Source: Bacteroidales bacterium (lineage in GTDB: Bacteria > Bacteroidota > Bacteroidia > Bacteroidales > M50B96). Taken from it: 56,844 nucleotides of DNA. The notes beneath the pieces are model-generated. The model ran no database searches, was not told the DNA's origin, and saw only the letters and a program-made list of their open reading frames with translations. A program made the position numbers and the translations under genes. Where the stretch lies: assembly GCA_041584015.1 (NCBI GenBank), contig JBFHES010000002.1:1-56844 (forward strand). The letters are read 5' to 3'. Numbering within the stretch: the first letter of the stretch is position 1; each line of letters opens with the position of its first letter. Below, one piece after another: positions 19,782-30,300 of the stretch.

Positions 19782-20348
19782 CTACAAACTATTGTAAGTT
19801 TCAATTATTGATCTCAGATCCACATATCTAATTTTATCTACATTAAAGTGATTAAACACCTCTGGTTTGTCAGATAAAAATAGTTTCATCTGTTCTCTAA
19901 ATTTCCTTTTTCCATGTTGTGCCTGAATTATATGCCCCTTATCCCCTTTCTGCAAAAAGAAGTATTCACGCTTTTCGTAAATTTGGCCATTGTTCGTGGT
20001 AATGGTGTATCCCAGCAAATTAATATCGCCAGTTACAATCTCCCTTGCAAAACCATCATCATAGTTGGTGGATAGCAAAGAATTCACACTTTTTGCTTCA
20101 AAGTTTCTAATTACTTTATAATTATCACCGTTAACACTAAAACCTTTAATCATATTAGGTTTTAACTTTATTCTCTTACTCTCTTTTTCTAGTTTAAACT
20201 TAATTTTTGATCCACTAACAATTTTAATATAGCCTTTAACTGTATCATTGCTTAATTCAATATAATATCCTTCTTGATAAAAACTTTGACTAAAAGCAAG
20301 ATTACAGCTAAGAACAAGTAACACCAGCATTAAACTCTTTATTTTCAT
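19782..20348 (-). CDS. Secreted protein of unknown function
   Basis: 188-aa ORF with an N-terminal signal peptide (LLVLSCNLAFSQ). No motif was recognised. Confidence 0.45.
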   Translation of the reverse strand: MKIKSLMLVLLVLSCNLAFSQSFYQEGYYIELSNDTVKGYIKIVSGSKIKFKLEKESKRIKLKPNMIKGFSVNGDNYKVIRNFEAKSVNSLLSTNYDDGFAREIVTGDINLLGYTITTNNGQIYEKREYFFLQKGDKGHIIQAQHGKRKFREQMKLFLSDKPEVFNHFNVDKIRYVDLRSIIETYNSL

Positions 20349-20456
20349 ATTTAGAGATTTACATATATATTGTAATTTACTTTCTCATGCCTCCAGGCGA
20401 TTGCATCACTTGGCCTTATTTAACGACAATGCATCATCTAAAATCAGTCTTTTGCT

Positions 20457-20489
20457 CAGCTGGCACGGATTACAAATCCGTACCAGCTG
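20457..20489. terminator. Strong hairpin (15-bp stem with one mismatch, 3-nt loop); possible operon boundary or REP-like element
   Basis: CAGCTGGCACGGATT-ACA-AATCCGTACCAGCTG lies between the immunity-like gene and the 188-aa gene. No clear U-tract follows on either strand. Confidence 0.35.
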
Positions 20490-20546
20490 GGAAGAAATCC
20501 GTTTGAAAGCAAATTACACTCTCAACCTGAAAATAAGCCGCTTAAA

Positions 20547-20984
20547 TCACTTCGTCAAAATTTTCACAACGGTTTTATTAAATATCTTTTGAGACCAAAG
20601 CTCTAAAGATTTATCTGAATGATTTCCACATGAATAGATTTTAATCTTATTCTCAGAATAACTTAAGTGATCATTTACAGAATGAAGATGTGGTTCGTAG
20701 ATTGCTATTGCGTGTGTTTCATCTAATACAGGGATACTAAATAATAATTCTCCATTAATTAGAAGATCAAATTCTCCTTCAGAAAGTTTAAATCTGGATA
20801 TTTTCTTCATAACAACCTCTTCAAACTCAAAAGACAATTCATTTGGACTAAATTCAATTAGATAATCTTTTGATAAGATCAGCTTCTCCTTATTATTTTT
20901 TAATATAAATGAAACATCATCAGAAACACATGACGTCAATGAAAATAAATAAATTACAATTATTAAACTAATTAATCTTTTCAT
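20547..20984 (-). CDS. Lipoprotein, candidate cognate immunity protein of the Rhs C-terminal toxin
   Basis: 145 aa with lipobox LTSC. Its start lies 1 nt after the Rhs stop codon, which is the typical toxin-immunity coupling. Confidence 0.5.
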   Translation of the reverse strand: MKRLISLIIVIYLFSLTSCVSDDVSFILKNNKEKLILSKDYLIEFSPNELSFEFEEVVMKKISRFKLSEGEFDLLINGELLFSIPVLDETHAIAIYEPHLHSVNDHLSYSENKIKIYSCGNHSDKSLELWSQKIFNKTVVKILTK

Positions 20985-20985
20985 G

Positions 20986-23900
20986 CTAATTTCGATTATA
21001 ATATGGAGTATTGGTTCCTAATCCTGTTGGTGACCCATACGATTTTAGTACATTACTAAGTTTAGTCACATAAGGTTTTCTAGTCCAACCATCCTTCGTG
21101 TATACATAAATTTCTCCTTTCCTATTACTACCATAATACGCCACTCCATGCAAAGCTCCACCAACCGCTGCCGGATCTCTTGACAAAACTCCAGTTTTTT
21201 CCGCGGCATCATACTTTGCATTACTATATGGAGTATTAGATGTGAATCTTATAACTGATTCCCCAAATTTCATATCACTTCCTGATACATTTGTAAAATC
21301 TGAGATTAACAGCTCGTCAAAAGTTTTAGGAATATCAATACCTGAACCCTTTTTAAGTTCTTTACCATCTGTACCATTTATAGCACTTCCCCAACAATTG
21401 TATTTTGTGTCTGTACTTTGAATTGACCTTGTAAATACATTATCTAAAAACAAAGTTTGACCTTCCACAACCTCTGTTAAATAAGGTCCAACTGGACTAG
21501 TTGTTAATATATATGGCTGATTAATCATTTGAGATGCCTCAGTTTGGCTGATGTTAAGATATGCAGCTAAAGTAATAGCATTATCACCTTTTTCTGCAAT
21601 TAAGTTTCCATTAGCATCAGGAAACCAGGCAACCCCCCCATTCGGATCAATTCCATTTACTGGATTATTCCCCATACCAAGGTACGGACTATGGTACTGA
21701 CCAAATGGATCAATACTCATCCAACGTCCTACACGGCCATCCCAGAGCCTAAGCTCAAAGAAATCATATCCTGTTTCTTGATCTTTTTCTGCAAACTCTC
21801 CCTGGAAACCATGTCGGTATGCGGCCGTAGTTGACTCGCGCCCCGGCATTACCATTCCAAATGGATAATGATCGGCAAAATTATCAACATCAGCATCACC
21901 TGTGCTTAAGTTTCGCGACACAACTGCTCTTACTGTTCCAAGGTGATCTTTCATCTCATAATTATATTTACCAACAGAATAAACAAATCCTGGTTCATAA
22001 GAAATATTTGCTGTACCTAGTCTGCTTGCACCAAAAACACCTAGGTCTTTTTGAGTAATTGGGTCGTTACCTAGATAAGGTACAGTATAGGTGCTTATTA
22101 TATTTCCACTCATATTTCTGACGTAGTATTCGTAATAGTTTTCTACACCAAGAAGATTATAATATAATTTTCTATACCTATTACCCTTATCGTCGTAATC
22201 ATACTGAGCCAGATGATGAGTATGTGCATCATCTTTGTACACATTAATCACTTTACCATATGCATTGTATTCAAAATACATGTCCTCCTCATCATTTCCA
22301 ACTTGTTGGCCAATTGCATCATAGAAGTAATTTCCAACTAACTGTCCATGCTTTATATCTGAGTAATCGCTCGGCGTAGTATGAAGGTCATTAATTCTAT
22401 CTAAACGATTAGTTCCGTATATATAATCATAATCGAAATCATCCATTGCAAGCGTAAAGTTACCTTGAACAATACCGTATTCGCCTGCTGTGGCATTTCG
22501 TTTTAAGTATCTAAGATTACCATTCTTATCATACTTAATTCCCAAAACATGATATTCTTCTGACGGTGTAAATCCAGGATCATAATCTATAGGATCCCCT
22601 GGCAAAGGAATAGTATTACCATAGATATCACAAAGTTCAGCTTCCAGTTCCATACACTCAGTCGCAAATGCAGGCGGTATATAAGGATCAAAACGACTAA
22701 TCACTTCTTTAATCTTATCGATTGCCATCTCAACAACGCTTGCTTTCACAACAGGTTTGTCACCAATAGTTTCTTTTACATCTGCAAACATTTGTAACAA
22801 CTCAGGATCAAGATCTTCGCCAGCAAGCATTCCTTTATGCCAACTTTTCATAGATCCTTTAACCAATACTGTTTTACACAAACCATCATCTGCACTCAAA
22901 CCGCCACCAGGATCAACAATAACGTAAGAATTTCTATTTTTGCTTTCATCATGTGAAAGTGTACCAAATCGTGCCTCGCTCAACCAATTGTGCTTCTCAT
23001 AATCATAATGATAGCCCCAGTAGTCCTTACCGTTCGTCGCTAAAATATCTTCAAGTGCAGGGTCTTTGGTCTTCCAATTAACGGACTTAATATTACCATC
23101 GTATCTGTTTTTATCGGAAAAACCACTACTTATATATGAATTCTTTTTGTAATAATCATTTAGGTAATAATCAATGGTCATTCCAAAAACATCCGGTTTA
23201 CAATTGGTACCTACTCCATCGTCTTGTCCCGGATCATAAATCTTACCAGAAGGGAGCGCATCCGATGGACACGGTGCATCAAGCATTGGATGGTTTATAC
23301 TTTTCAATAAACCATTAATATTATACACATAATCAATCCCTTGAAGGTCCTCATTTAGTTCAACTCTTCGAAGTGGGCCGTGTGGGTAATAGTAATATTG
23401 AGCCTGTAGTTGCACGTCTGTTACCTCAGCAGGACCACCACCATTGTCCTGCACACTTGTTTTGTAAGTATAGACCTTCTCTAACCTATTATCTTTATCA
23501 TACTCATAATAATGTTTAAATTTCTCATCATAAACTGGTTTTTGATAAACTGTTGTTTCAACATTTCCATCAACATAATATGTATAATCCATCGTCTTAA
23601 ACCTTTCATCAAGGCTAGCCGTTGCCGGATTATCCATTCCTTCGATACGTTGAACACTCCATTCTATGCTTCCTTGCTCATCATAACTATACCAGGTTAT
23701 AACATCCGGTGAACCAGTAGGCGTACTGGCAGTCCATGTCTTGGAGATTTTCCCAATTACAAATCGTTGCTCATAACTTTCATAATCAGGCGATGGCAAA
23801 CTATATGTAGATACAAAATCATCAACTATGTCATACTGAGTCATGGTTACTTGTGAACAAAAAATATCATCCAATCCGTCATCTATTGTATTATCATACA

Positions 23901-26838
23901 CATTCTTGTATAAATCAATAACTCCATTCATGGCTGTTGCGCTTGATGTATAGGTGACAGACTGATTATCAATATGAAGAATTGCATCTCTGACAAATGC
24001 TGCTGCTAAATCTGCTTTTTCTTTCAAATTATCAGAATTAGCATTATTCAAAACATCAATCGCCAGATTTAAATCATCAATCGCATCGGAATTATTCGTA
24101 ATACTTGATATAATACTATTAAGAGTACCAACAGCAAGGGTTATTTTTGCCAAGTCGTATTTTAGACACCTAACTTCTGATACTGCATATTCCATATTGA
24201 TCAGAAGATCTTTATACCCTGCTTCATTAAAAAGAATAGGATTTTCAAATGCTATTGGCGATCCACTAATCCCATAATCATACTCCCCGATTTCGACAAC
24301 CCTGCCGAACTGATCGTAAGATGAATATGAGTATTTGTGCTCCAGTAATTGCTGTGCATTTTGTGAAAACCTAATCTGATTATCTTTTCTGTAAATAAAT
24401 TGACTTACACCAGCATCGGGTGTGCTGCTCCAAACAAGGTTTCCCTTTGCATCATAACGATACATTGAATAGCTTCCTTCAACAAGTCCTAATGGCGACA
24501 CCGTAAATTTTAATTGACCAATTTCATTATAAAAATTCAATGAATGATCTGAGTAATTAATGTCATAGGAAATAGAAACATTCTCTAAGAAATATGGGAA
24601 CTCACTGGATACCTCATTTAACATTACTCGGTAAAATCCTGGTGCTAAATTAATTGATTGTGAGTTCGCAGGAGCAATCTGTCCGCTAGAAGATACTAGG
24701 TCATCGTTTGACAAATCATAAATATCAAACTCCAGATTGTCATTATTAATAATGCTATTTGAAATTACTATGCTTGACTCACATCCTTCAACAATATGAA
24801 AATCAAGATATCCAATTTCTGGACTAATCGCTTGTTGAACTGTGATATTTGTACCCCCGCCAACAAGACAAGCAGCCACGACATTCCCTTGTAAATTGTT
24901 GTATATAACGGATTGCTTTCCATTTGGTTCAATGGTTATTGTTTTAGAAACGCCCCTCGTTTCTTGATGAAAAGTCTGGGCGTATATTGCTTCCAGTTCA
25001 TCCTCTGACGCTGGCATAGAAAAAGTCCAGGTTTCATGTCCTTTTCCCATTCGATGATGATCACCTGCCATCGACGAGCGTCTAACAACTCCTTTATTCA
25101 AGTTACTATATTCAACTCTGCTATACGGATAATTTGTAGCAGCTATATAATTTTCTCCATCAGTTCCAGTATTATTGTTACTATAATAGTAACCCAAAGT
25201 ATTCGGAATATTATATTGTACTTTCTTTGGATTGTTGACACTACCTGAAATATTGGTTGTATTATCAAAATCATCATAATCATAATCATCACCAAGATAA
25301 TTGGTAATAAACCCTTTTTTATACTCAAAATTACCTTGTTCAACAATAGCGGGTAAAGTAGAAAGTACTGCTCTTCCTAGTACATCATATAAGGTTTCAG
25401 TAACAAGATTCTTGTCTGTCAACGAAGAAAGGATCTTTGACTGGGTTTGCAATTGCTTACCGAATAAATCATAATATACTTTGGTATCGCCAACAATGCC
25501 ACCAGCTCCATATGAAATTGATCGTACCCAGTTCATGCCATAAGTATCTTCACCTGTAGCCACTGATTTAGGTGTCGGGTTCAAAATTCCAATTGCAATT
25601 ACATCAAAATCCCCTGATGCATCACACACCGTAACATCATACTCGCCATAAGGCATTTCATGGAGTTCAATTGAGGAAACCTGCTCATAACTATAATCTC
25701 CTGTACTCCATTCATAATTATATGGTGGTGTACCTCCTTCGACATTAACTGTTAAAATACTATTTCCTGATTCCTGATCAAGATCATAACTTCCACTAGC
25801 TTTAATCTGTGCCGGAAAGGAACAGTACGCTGGTGAAAGTGTAAAACCTTGTTGATATAGGCAAACATCAGTAAACAACTCAGGTTCTGTGTCAACTACC
25901 GTGGAATAAAGTTCTGAACCATTGATCTTGTATCGGATAGCACCATTGGAACGTTCGATTTCCATCCGGTCTCCATTTTGCAATGACCCAATAGAAGCCT
26001 TCATTTTGCCTAACTCAAAAACATAAGGAGTACCACCTAGTATACATATAGAATAGTCGCAATCGTAGAAACTAACTCCTACATTATCAATTGACAGTCC
26101 GATTGCAAAAGGATAACTAGTCGTCTCATAATCTAGGTATACAGAACCATAGCTGTCTGCCGGTATGGTATTTACCGATTTTGCTCCTCCGTTCTCCCAT
26201 CCGTTGACAGCTGTCTTTTCAAGCTGGTTATTGCCTGTTATAACTACACCTTCCATATTTCGCCACACTACTTTATGATCAGGGTAATGAAATGATGAAA
26301 GCATTATTCCTTCAACATCATCACCACTGGAATGAAGTGAAATGTCAACATATAGGTTAGGAAGATCTATCCCTTCTCTTGTTGAATATAGTGTATTATC
26401 TTCATTAATGATAAAATTAACATATTCCCCTTCACGAGAAATGGTTAAAAGATCATGTTTACGGCACATACCATAAGAAACGACAAGGTTTCCCCGTACA
26501 AATATTTCAATGTGCCCATCCCGTAACATATAACAATAATCGATGGTAGAGAATCCTTGATCACGATCGGTAAGTGACAAACCAAAAGCTACACTTGTTT
26601 CAAGATCAAGCACACGGTAATCAACCTGACCATCGTATTTATGTGGGATATAGTTTGCAGAAAATGCACCCGCATCCCAATCTCTGGATGAAGTGCTGGT
26701 TAACTTTTGATCCTCAACTTGAACATTTACAATATTGGTCCAGTAAATATCCGTAGATATTTGCCCAAACCCAAGACTGCTGAACAAAGTCAAAAGAAGT
26801 AAAAGAGATAACCTATGTGGTCTGAATATTAAATCCAT
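20986..26838 (-). CDS. Rhs/YD-repeat polymorphic toxin with a signal peptide and a variable C-terminal toxin domain
   Basis: 1950 aa. It has a Sec signal peptide, a tandemly duplicated module of about 150 aa, and a GGTPPYNYEWSTGD Ig-like repeat. Many YD repeats follow (YDVLGR, YRYDAKGN, YSSYDQFGR, YDYDDKGN and others). The Rhs core ends in LRLWDGRVGRWMSIDPFGQYHSPYLGMGNNPVNGIDPNGG. A 215-aa C-terminal domain follows (nt 20989-21633). Confidence 0.9.
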   Translation of the reverse strand: MDLIFRPHRLSLLLLLTLFSSLGFGQISTDIYWTNIVNVQVEDQKLTSTSSRDWDAGAFSANYIPHKYDGQVDYRVLDLETSVAFGLSLTDRDQGFSTIDYCYMLRDGHIEIFVRGNLVVSYGMCRKHDLLTISREGEYVNFIINEDNTLYSTREGIDLPNLYVDISLHSSGDDVEGIMLSSFHYPDHKVVWRNMEGVVITGNNQLEKTAVNGWENGGAKSVNTIPADSYGSVYLDYETTSYPFAIGLSIDNVGVSFYDCDYSICILGGTPYVFELGKMKASIGSLQNGDRMEIERSNGAIRYKINGSELYSTVVDTEPELFTDVCLYQQGFTLSPAYCSFPAQIKASGSYDLDQESGNSILTVNVEGGTPPYNYEWSTGDYSYEQVSSIELHEMPYGEYDVTVCDASGDFDVIAIGILNPTPKSVATGEDTYGMNWVRSISYGAGGIVGDTKVYYDLFGKQLQTQSKILSSLTDKNLVTETLYDVLGRAVLSTLPAIVEQGNFEYKKGFITNYLGDDYDYDDFDNTTNISGSVNNPKKVQYNIPNTLGYYYSNNNTGTDGENYIAATNYPYSRVEYSNLNKGVVRRSSMAGDHHRMGKGHETWTFSMPASEDELEAIYAQTFHQETRGVSKTITIEPNGKQSVIYNNLQGNVVAACLVGGGTNITVQQAISPEIGYLDFHIVEGCESSIVISNSIINNDNLEFDIYDLSNDDLVSSSGQIAPANSQSINLAPGFYRVMLNEVSSEFPYFLENVSISYDINYSDHSLNFYNEIGQLKFTVSPLGLVEGSYSMYRYDAKGNLVWSSTPDAGVSQFIYRKDNQIRFSQNAQQLLEHKYSYSSYDQFGRVVEIGEYDYGISGSPIAFENPILFNEAGYKDLLINMEYAVSEVRCLKYDLAKITLAVGTLNSIISSITNNSDAIDDLNLAIDVLNNANSDNLKEKADLAAAFVRDAILHIDNQSVTYTSSATAMNGVIDLYKNVYDNTIDDGLDDIFCSQVTMTQYDIVDDFVSTYSLPSPDYESYEQRFVIGKISKTWTASTPTGSPDVITWYSYDEQGSIEWSVQRIEGMDNPATASLDERFKTMDYTYYVDGNVETTVYQKPVYDEKFKHYYEYDKDNRLEKVYTYKTSVQDNGGGPAEVTDVQLQAQYYYYPHGPLRRVELNEDLQGIDYVYNINGLLKSINHPMLDAPCPSDALPSGKIYDPGQDDGVGTNCKPDVFGMTIDYYLNDYYKKNSYISSGFSDKNRYDGNIKSVNWKTKDPALEDILATNGKDYWGYHYDYEKHNWLSEARFGTLSHDESKNRNSYVIVDPGGGLSADDGLCKTVLVKGSMKSWHKGMLAGEDLDPELLQMFADVKETIGDKPVVKASVVEMAIDKIKEVISRFDPYIPPAFATECMELEAELCDIYGNTIPLPGDPIDYDPGFTPSEEYHVLGIKYDKNGNLRYLKRNATAGEYGIVQGNFTLAMDDFDYDYIYGTNRLDRINDLHTTPSDYSDIKHGQLVGNYFYDAIGQQVGNDEEDMYFEYNAYGKVINVYKDDAHTHHLAQYDYDDKGNRYRKLYYNLLGVENYYEYYVRNMSGNIISTYTVPYLGNDPITQKDLGVFGASRLGTANISYEPGFVYSVGKYNYEMKDHLGTVRAVVSRNLSTGDADVDNFADHYPFGMVMPGRESTTAAYRHGFQGEFAEKDQETGYDFFELRLWDGRVGRWMSIDPFGQYHSPYLGMGNNPVNGIDPNGGVAWFPDANGNLIAEKGDNAITLAAYLNISQTEASQMINQPYILTTSPVGPYLTEVVEGQTLFLDNVFTRSIQSTDTKYNCWGSAINGTDGKELKKGSGIDIPKTFDELLISDFTNVSGSDMKFGESVIRFTSNTPYSNAKYDAAEKTGVLSRDPAAVGGALHGVAYYGSNRKGEIYVYTKDGWTRKPYVTKLSNVLKSYGSPTGLGTNTPYYNRN

Positions 26839-26855
26839 AATTACAAAGTTTAATG

Positions 26856-27308
26856 TTAATTAGTTTGATAGAAGGATGTCACTGAATTAGTACCTTGAGA
26901 ATCCTCAAAGTACACCTCCAAATAGAAATCCTGCTTTGGATATATCCCTACCAAAACCTTAAGAAAATTACCGCTCTGAACGTAGGTAGATTGCGAAGGT
27001 AGATTCGTTCCATCAATCAGGAACGAAAGTGATAAGAGGTCTGAACTTCCCAATGTGGTTCCCAATTTCAAATGCACAGTTTCAACATTGGATGAATTGG
27101 GTATACTCATGGAAGCACTTAGTTTCAAACTATCTGCTGAAGTAAGCATGTCTAATGGGTTTACGATGCTATCCAGAGTGCTTTCTGTAATAGAAATCGG
27201 AGTGATTAACTCTTGTGTCAATTGTAAATTAGTTGGCCCTGAAACCTGACTATTAACACTAAAAGATACAACTATAAGACTTAATAAGATTATTACACTT
27301 TTTTTCAT
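26856..27308 (-). CDS. Small secreted protein between the two giant genes
   Basis: 150 aa with a signal peptide. The intergenic gaps are 17-18 nt on both sides, which suggests co-transcription. Confidence 0.45.
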   Translation of the reverse strand: MKKSVIILLSLIVVSFSVNSQVSGPTNLQLTQELITPISITESTLDSIVNPLDMLTSADSLKLSASMSIPNSSNVETVHLKLGTTLGSSDLLSLSFLIDGTNLPSQSTYVQSGNFLKVLVGIYPKQDFYLEVYFEDSQGTNSVTSFYQTN

Positions 27309-27326
27309 AATACAATATTTATTTAA

Positions 27327-30300
27327 TTAGTTTATTTCTTCCCAATAATCATTTATTGCCCCAGGCCCAGTGAAACTTTCGAGTTTAAATACTCGGCAAG
27401 TGCCTAGCAATACGAAAGTATCTCCTATTGTATATCCTGCACCAGCATTAACATAAATATCCATGGATGGTAAATATGTACCCGGTAATTCGTAACCAGC
27501 ATGATCACAAACTGCTGCAGTTGCCAATGGAGGAACCAATGGATTACAAACATGAACCGGAATTGTACCATTCCAGTCACCTTCTATGTTGATATGCCAA
27601 TTACCTTGCTCAAGATCATCTGGTATGGTAATAGGTACAACGAATGTATACGTACTTCCACTTGGGATATTTTCTGATTCAGCGGCAACTGAAGTTCCAT
27701 CAAGGAAATATTCAAGTTGAATTACCTGTGTAGCGGCATGATTTGTATAAATAATCTCTGTCAGCATGGTATGACCTGCTGCCACATCTGCATCACATTC
27801 TCCCAAATGGAACGCATCATACGCATAATTATATACATTCTTGGTTAACTGGGTTTTACCATATTTTGTTTCCTTGTAACTGTGCATTAACCGACCACCG
27901 TAGTCATACTCATATTGCGTATACAAGTTGTCATTATCAAGGATGTAAGTTAAAAACCCTGTTTCATCGTCATATACATAGGAAGTTACAGAAGAATGAA
28001 CAGGCTGAACACGGAAATCATCGAATTCATGAGTCTCGGTACTCGTCTCATTCATAACACTTATTACAATATTATCAATACCAGTTAAGTCAGGAATCTG
28101 GAATTCAAGAGTAATCAATTTCCACAGTTGTCCACAACTCAATGTCGAATTAGCACAACTAACTATGACCTTGTGATCTGAACTAGTTCCAGGTAGAAAT
28201 TGCGCCCATAGCTCACAATCTTCAGAATTCAGATCATCATTTTTGTCAATGAATTGCCAAACTGAGGCCCTGTAGTGTTGTCCTATTTTAAACTCATTTC
28301 CGATTTCTGCTTTATAGGCAATATTTTCCCCAGGCTGAAGCTGAAAAACATAACTTCCTGTATGAGCATCAAGATTTGTAATTGCAATCTCATTAATACG
28401 TGCCGCTCCATTTTCTAATTCTACTTCTCCTTCACAAAATCCGGTTTGCGGAAGGTATTCAGCACCACTGTGCGTAACTTCATCGTAGGTCGCGTTACTG
28501 GCTGTAAGCAATGTTGCACCATCTTTTTCATTATATCTGGTAACAGCTACAACATTATTATAGATATCGGCAACCTCCAACATATTGGAATAATGATCGT
28601 ACCTGTTAACTTCAGATGTTTTCTGCCATGAGTCATTTGATCCGCTGATTATACTTGACCAGTTAGCTTCCAAATCATAGCCATTACCGTAAGTAAACCC
28701 TTCGAGTACTCCATTGGTTTTTGCATCTCCCCAGATAAAGTTTTCATGTTTTCGCCAAACACCGTCCTCTGTTTCATCAATATACTGGGAATTTCCACTG
28801 TCCCAGTTACGGTATATCCAGGAATCATTCCAGGTCTGAACATTTACGCCAATTGGTTTCCAGGTACTTCCATCATCATTAGACCTATAACTGATTTGAG
28901 CAGCCTTCTGAGATAACATATTTTTATTTAAAACATTCTCGAACTTTGAGTTCATACCAGGTATAAAGGTTCCAGCATCATCATACCCTTGATAGACACC
29001 AACATCTTTGGCCGACAGGATACATGTCTTAATCTGACTGCCATCGGGATTAATATTTATCGTTTCAACAGGAATACCGGTAAACGGATCAAGGGTCTCA
29101 ATCAGGGTTTCGCTCTTATTACCCATATTGTCAACAGAACTAGTTGATAATAGAATATTTGGATACTTGATATTACTTGTTGAGTTCAGATACCAGGTTA
29201 TTCTATCAAATAACGGCCCGGGTAAATTTACAGGATTGAATCTTTTTGTGGATCTAAAGGTTTCCTTTACGATACCCTGATCTGTGGTTGAAGGTGTAAC
29301 CTCCAGATTCATATAAGTATAATCAGTCCTGGAAACAACTCTTCCATAGTCATCTTCTGTCGTTACAGAATTGACCCTTCCAATTTCAGATAGTTTATTT
29401 TCAATATTAGCTTTTCTGAAATATGCATGATGATGAGTTTGTGTTGTTGAATTAAAATAAGGGTTAGATGATGAACCTACATCGCCTGGGTCATCCGGGT
29501 CATCGGAATCGATCTCGTCGTTTGTAACTGTAAAATGACTACCCAGGTTAAAGTCTCTTGGACTTGCATCTGGGTCTGTGCTTGGTATGAAGCTTTCGAA
29601 CACTTCAAACTCGTAATTTGTAACCAACCCTTTAGATGTTCCTTCCCTGTCAAATTCCTCGATGGAAACATTATTATAAACAACCAGTGGTGCTGAAATT
29701 TCATTGATGTATGGCACGAACCTGGAATAGGTTGTTGGTGCATAACTAACAATTCCTCCATCATAGGTATATTCGGTCCTGTAACTATCAGTTCCTGCAG
29801 TTAACTCAATATTGTTTACCCGTAGGCCTCCTCCTTGTTTTGGACCTGATGGTTTTAAAGCTGAAACACTGAAATTTTTAATTGGGAATATCTTTTTTAA
29901 CTCATCAACATCATTACAATAAGCTTTTTGCAAATTATTGTCCCAAGTTCCTTCAAACACATATTTAAACCATTTCCACTCCTCTACATCTGGGCACTTG
30001 ATCTGCCCAGTAAGAGTCATTTCGTAATCATTAATGTTAGTAGTACCACAGAGTATAGGCATAGGACCTGTATAGAAAACTTCAAACTGTCCATAAGCGT
30101 TATACGTCCAATTTGCATTTTCGTGTTCAATATCCTTATTCAACCCAGAATTAGTTTTCCATTCGAGTTCCATGTCTACTATTTGACCTACTCTGTAACC
30201 AATTGAGGTTGGAGTGAATACCGTAGTCAACGGTACTCTTTCAGTAAATATATTATCACCAGGCCATCCTGCAAATTCCAAAAGGAAGTTCGGATCTGTC

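Noticed and set aside
20401-20592. 63-aa plus-strand ORF in the intergenic region
   Set aside because: It runs through the long hairpin and into the 3' end of the immunity-like gene on the opposite strand. There is no supporting signal.
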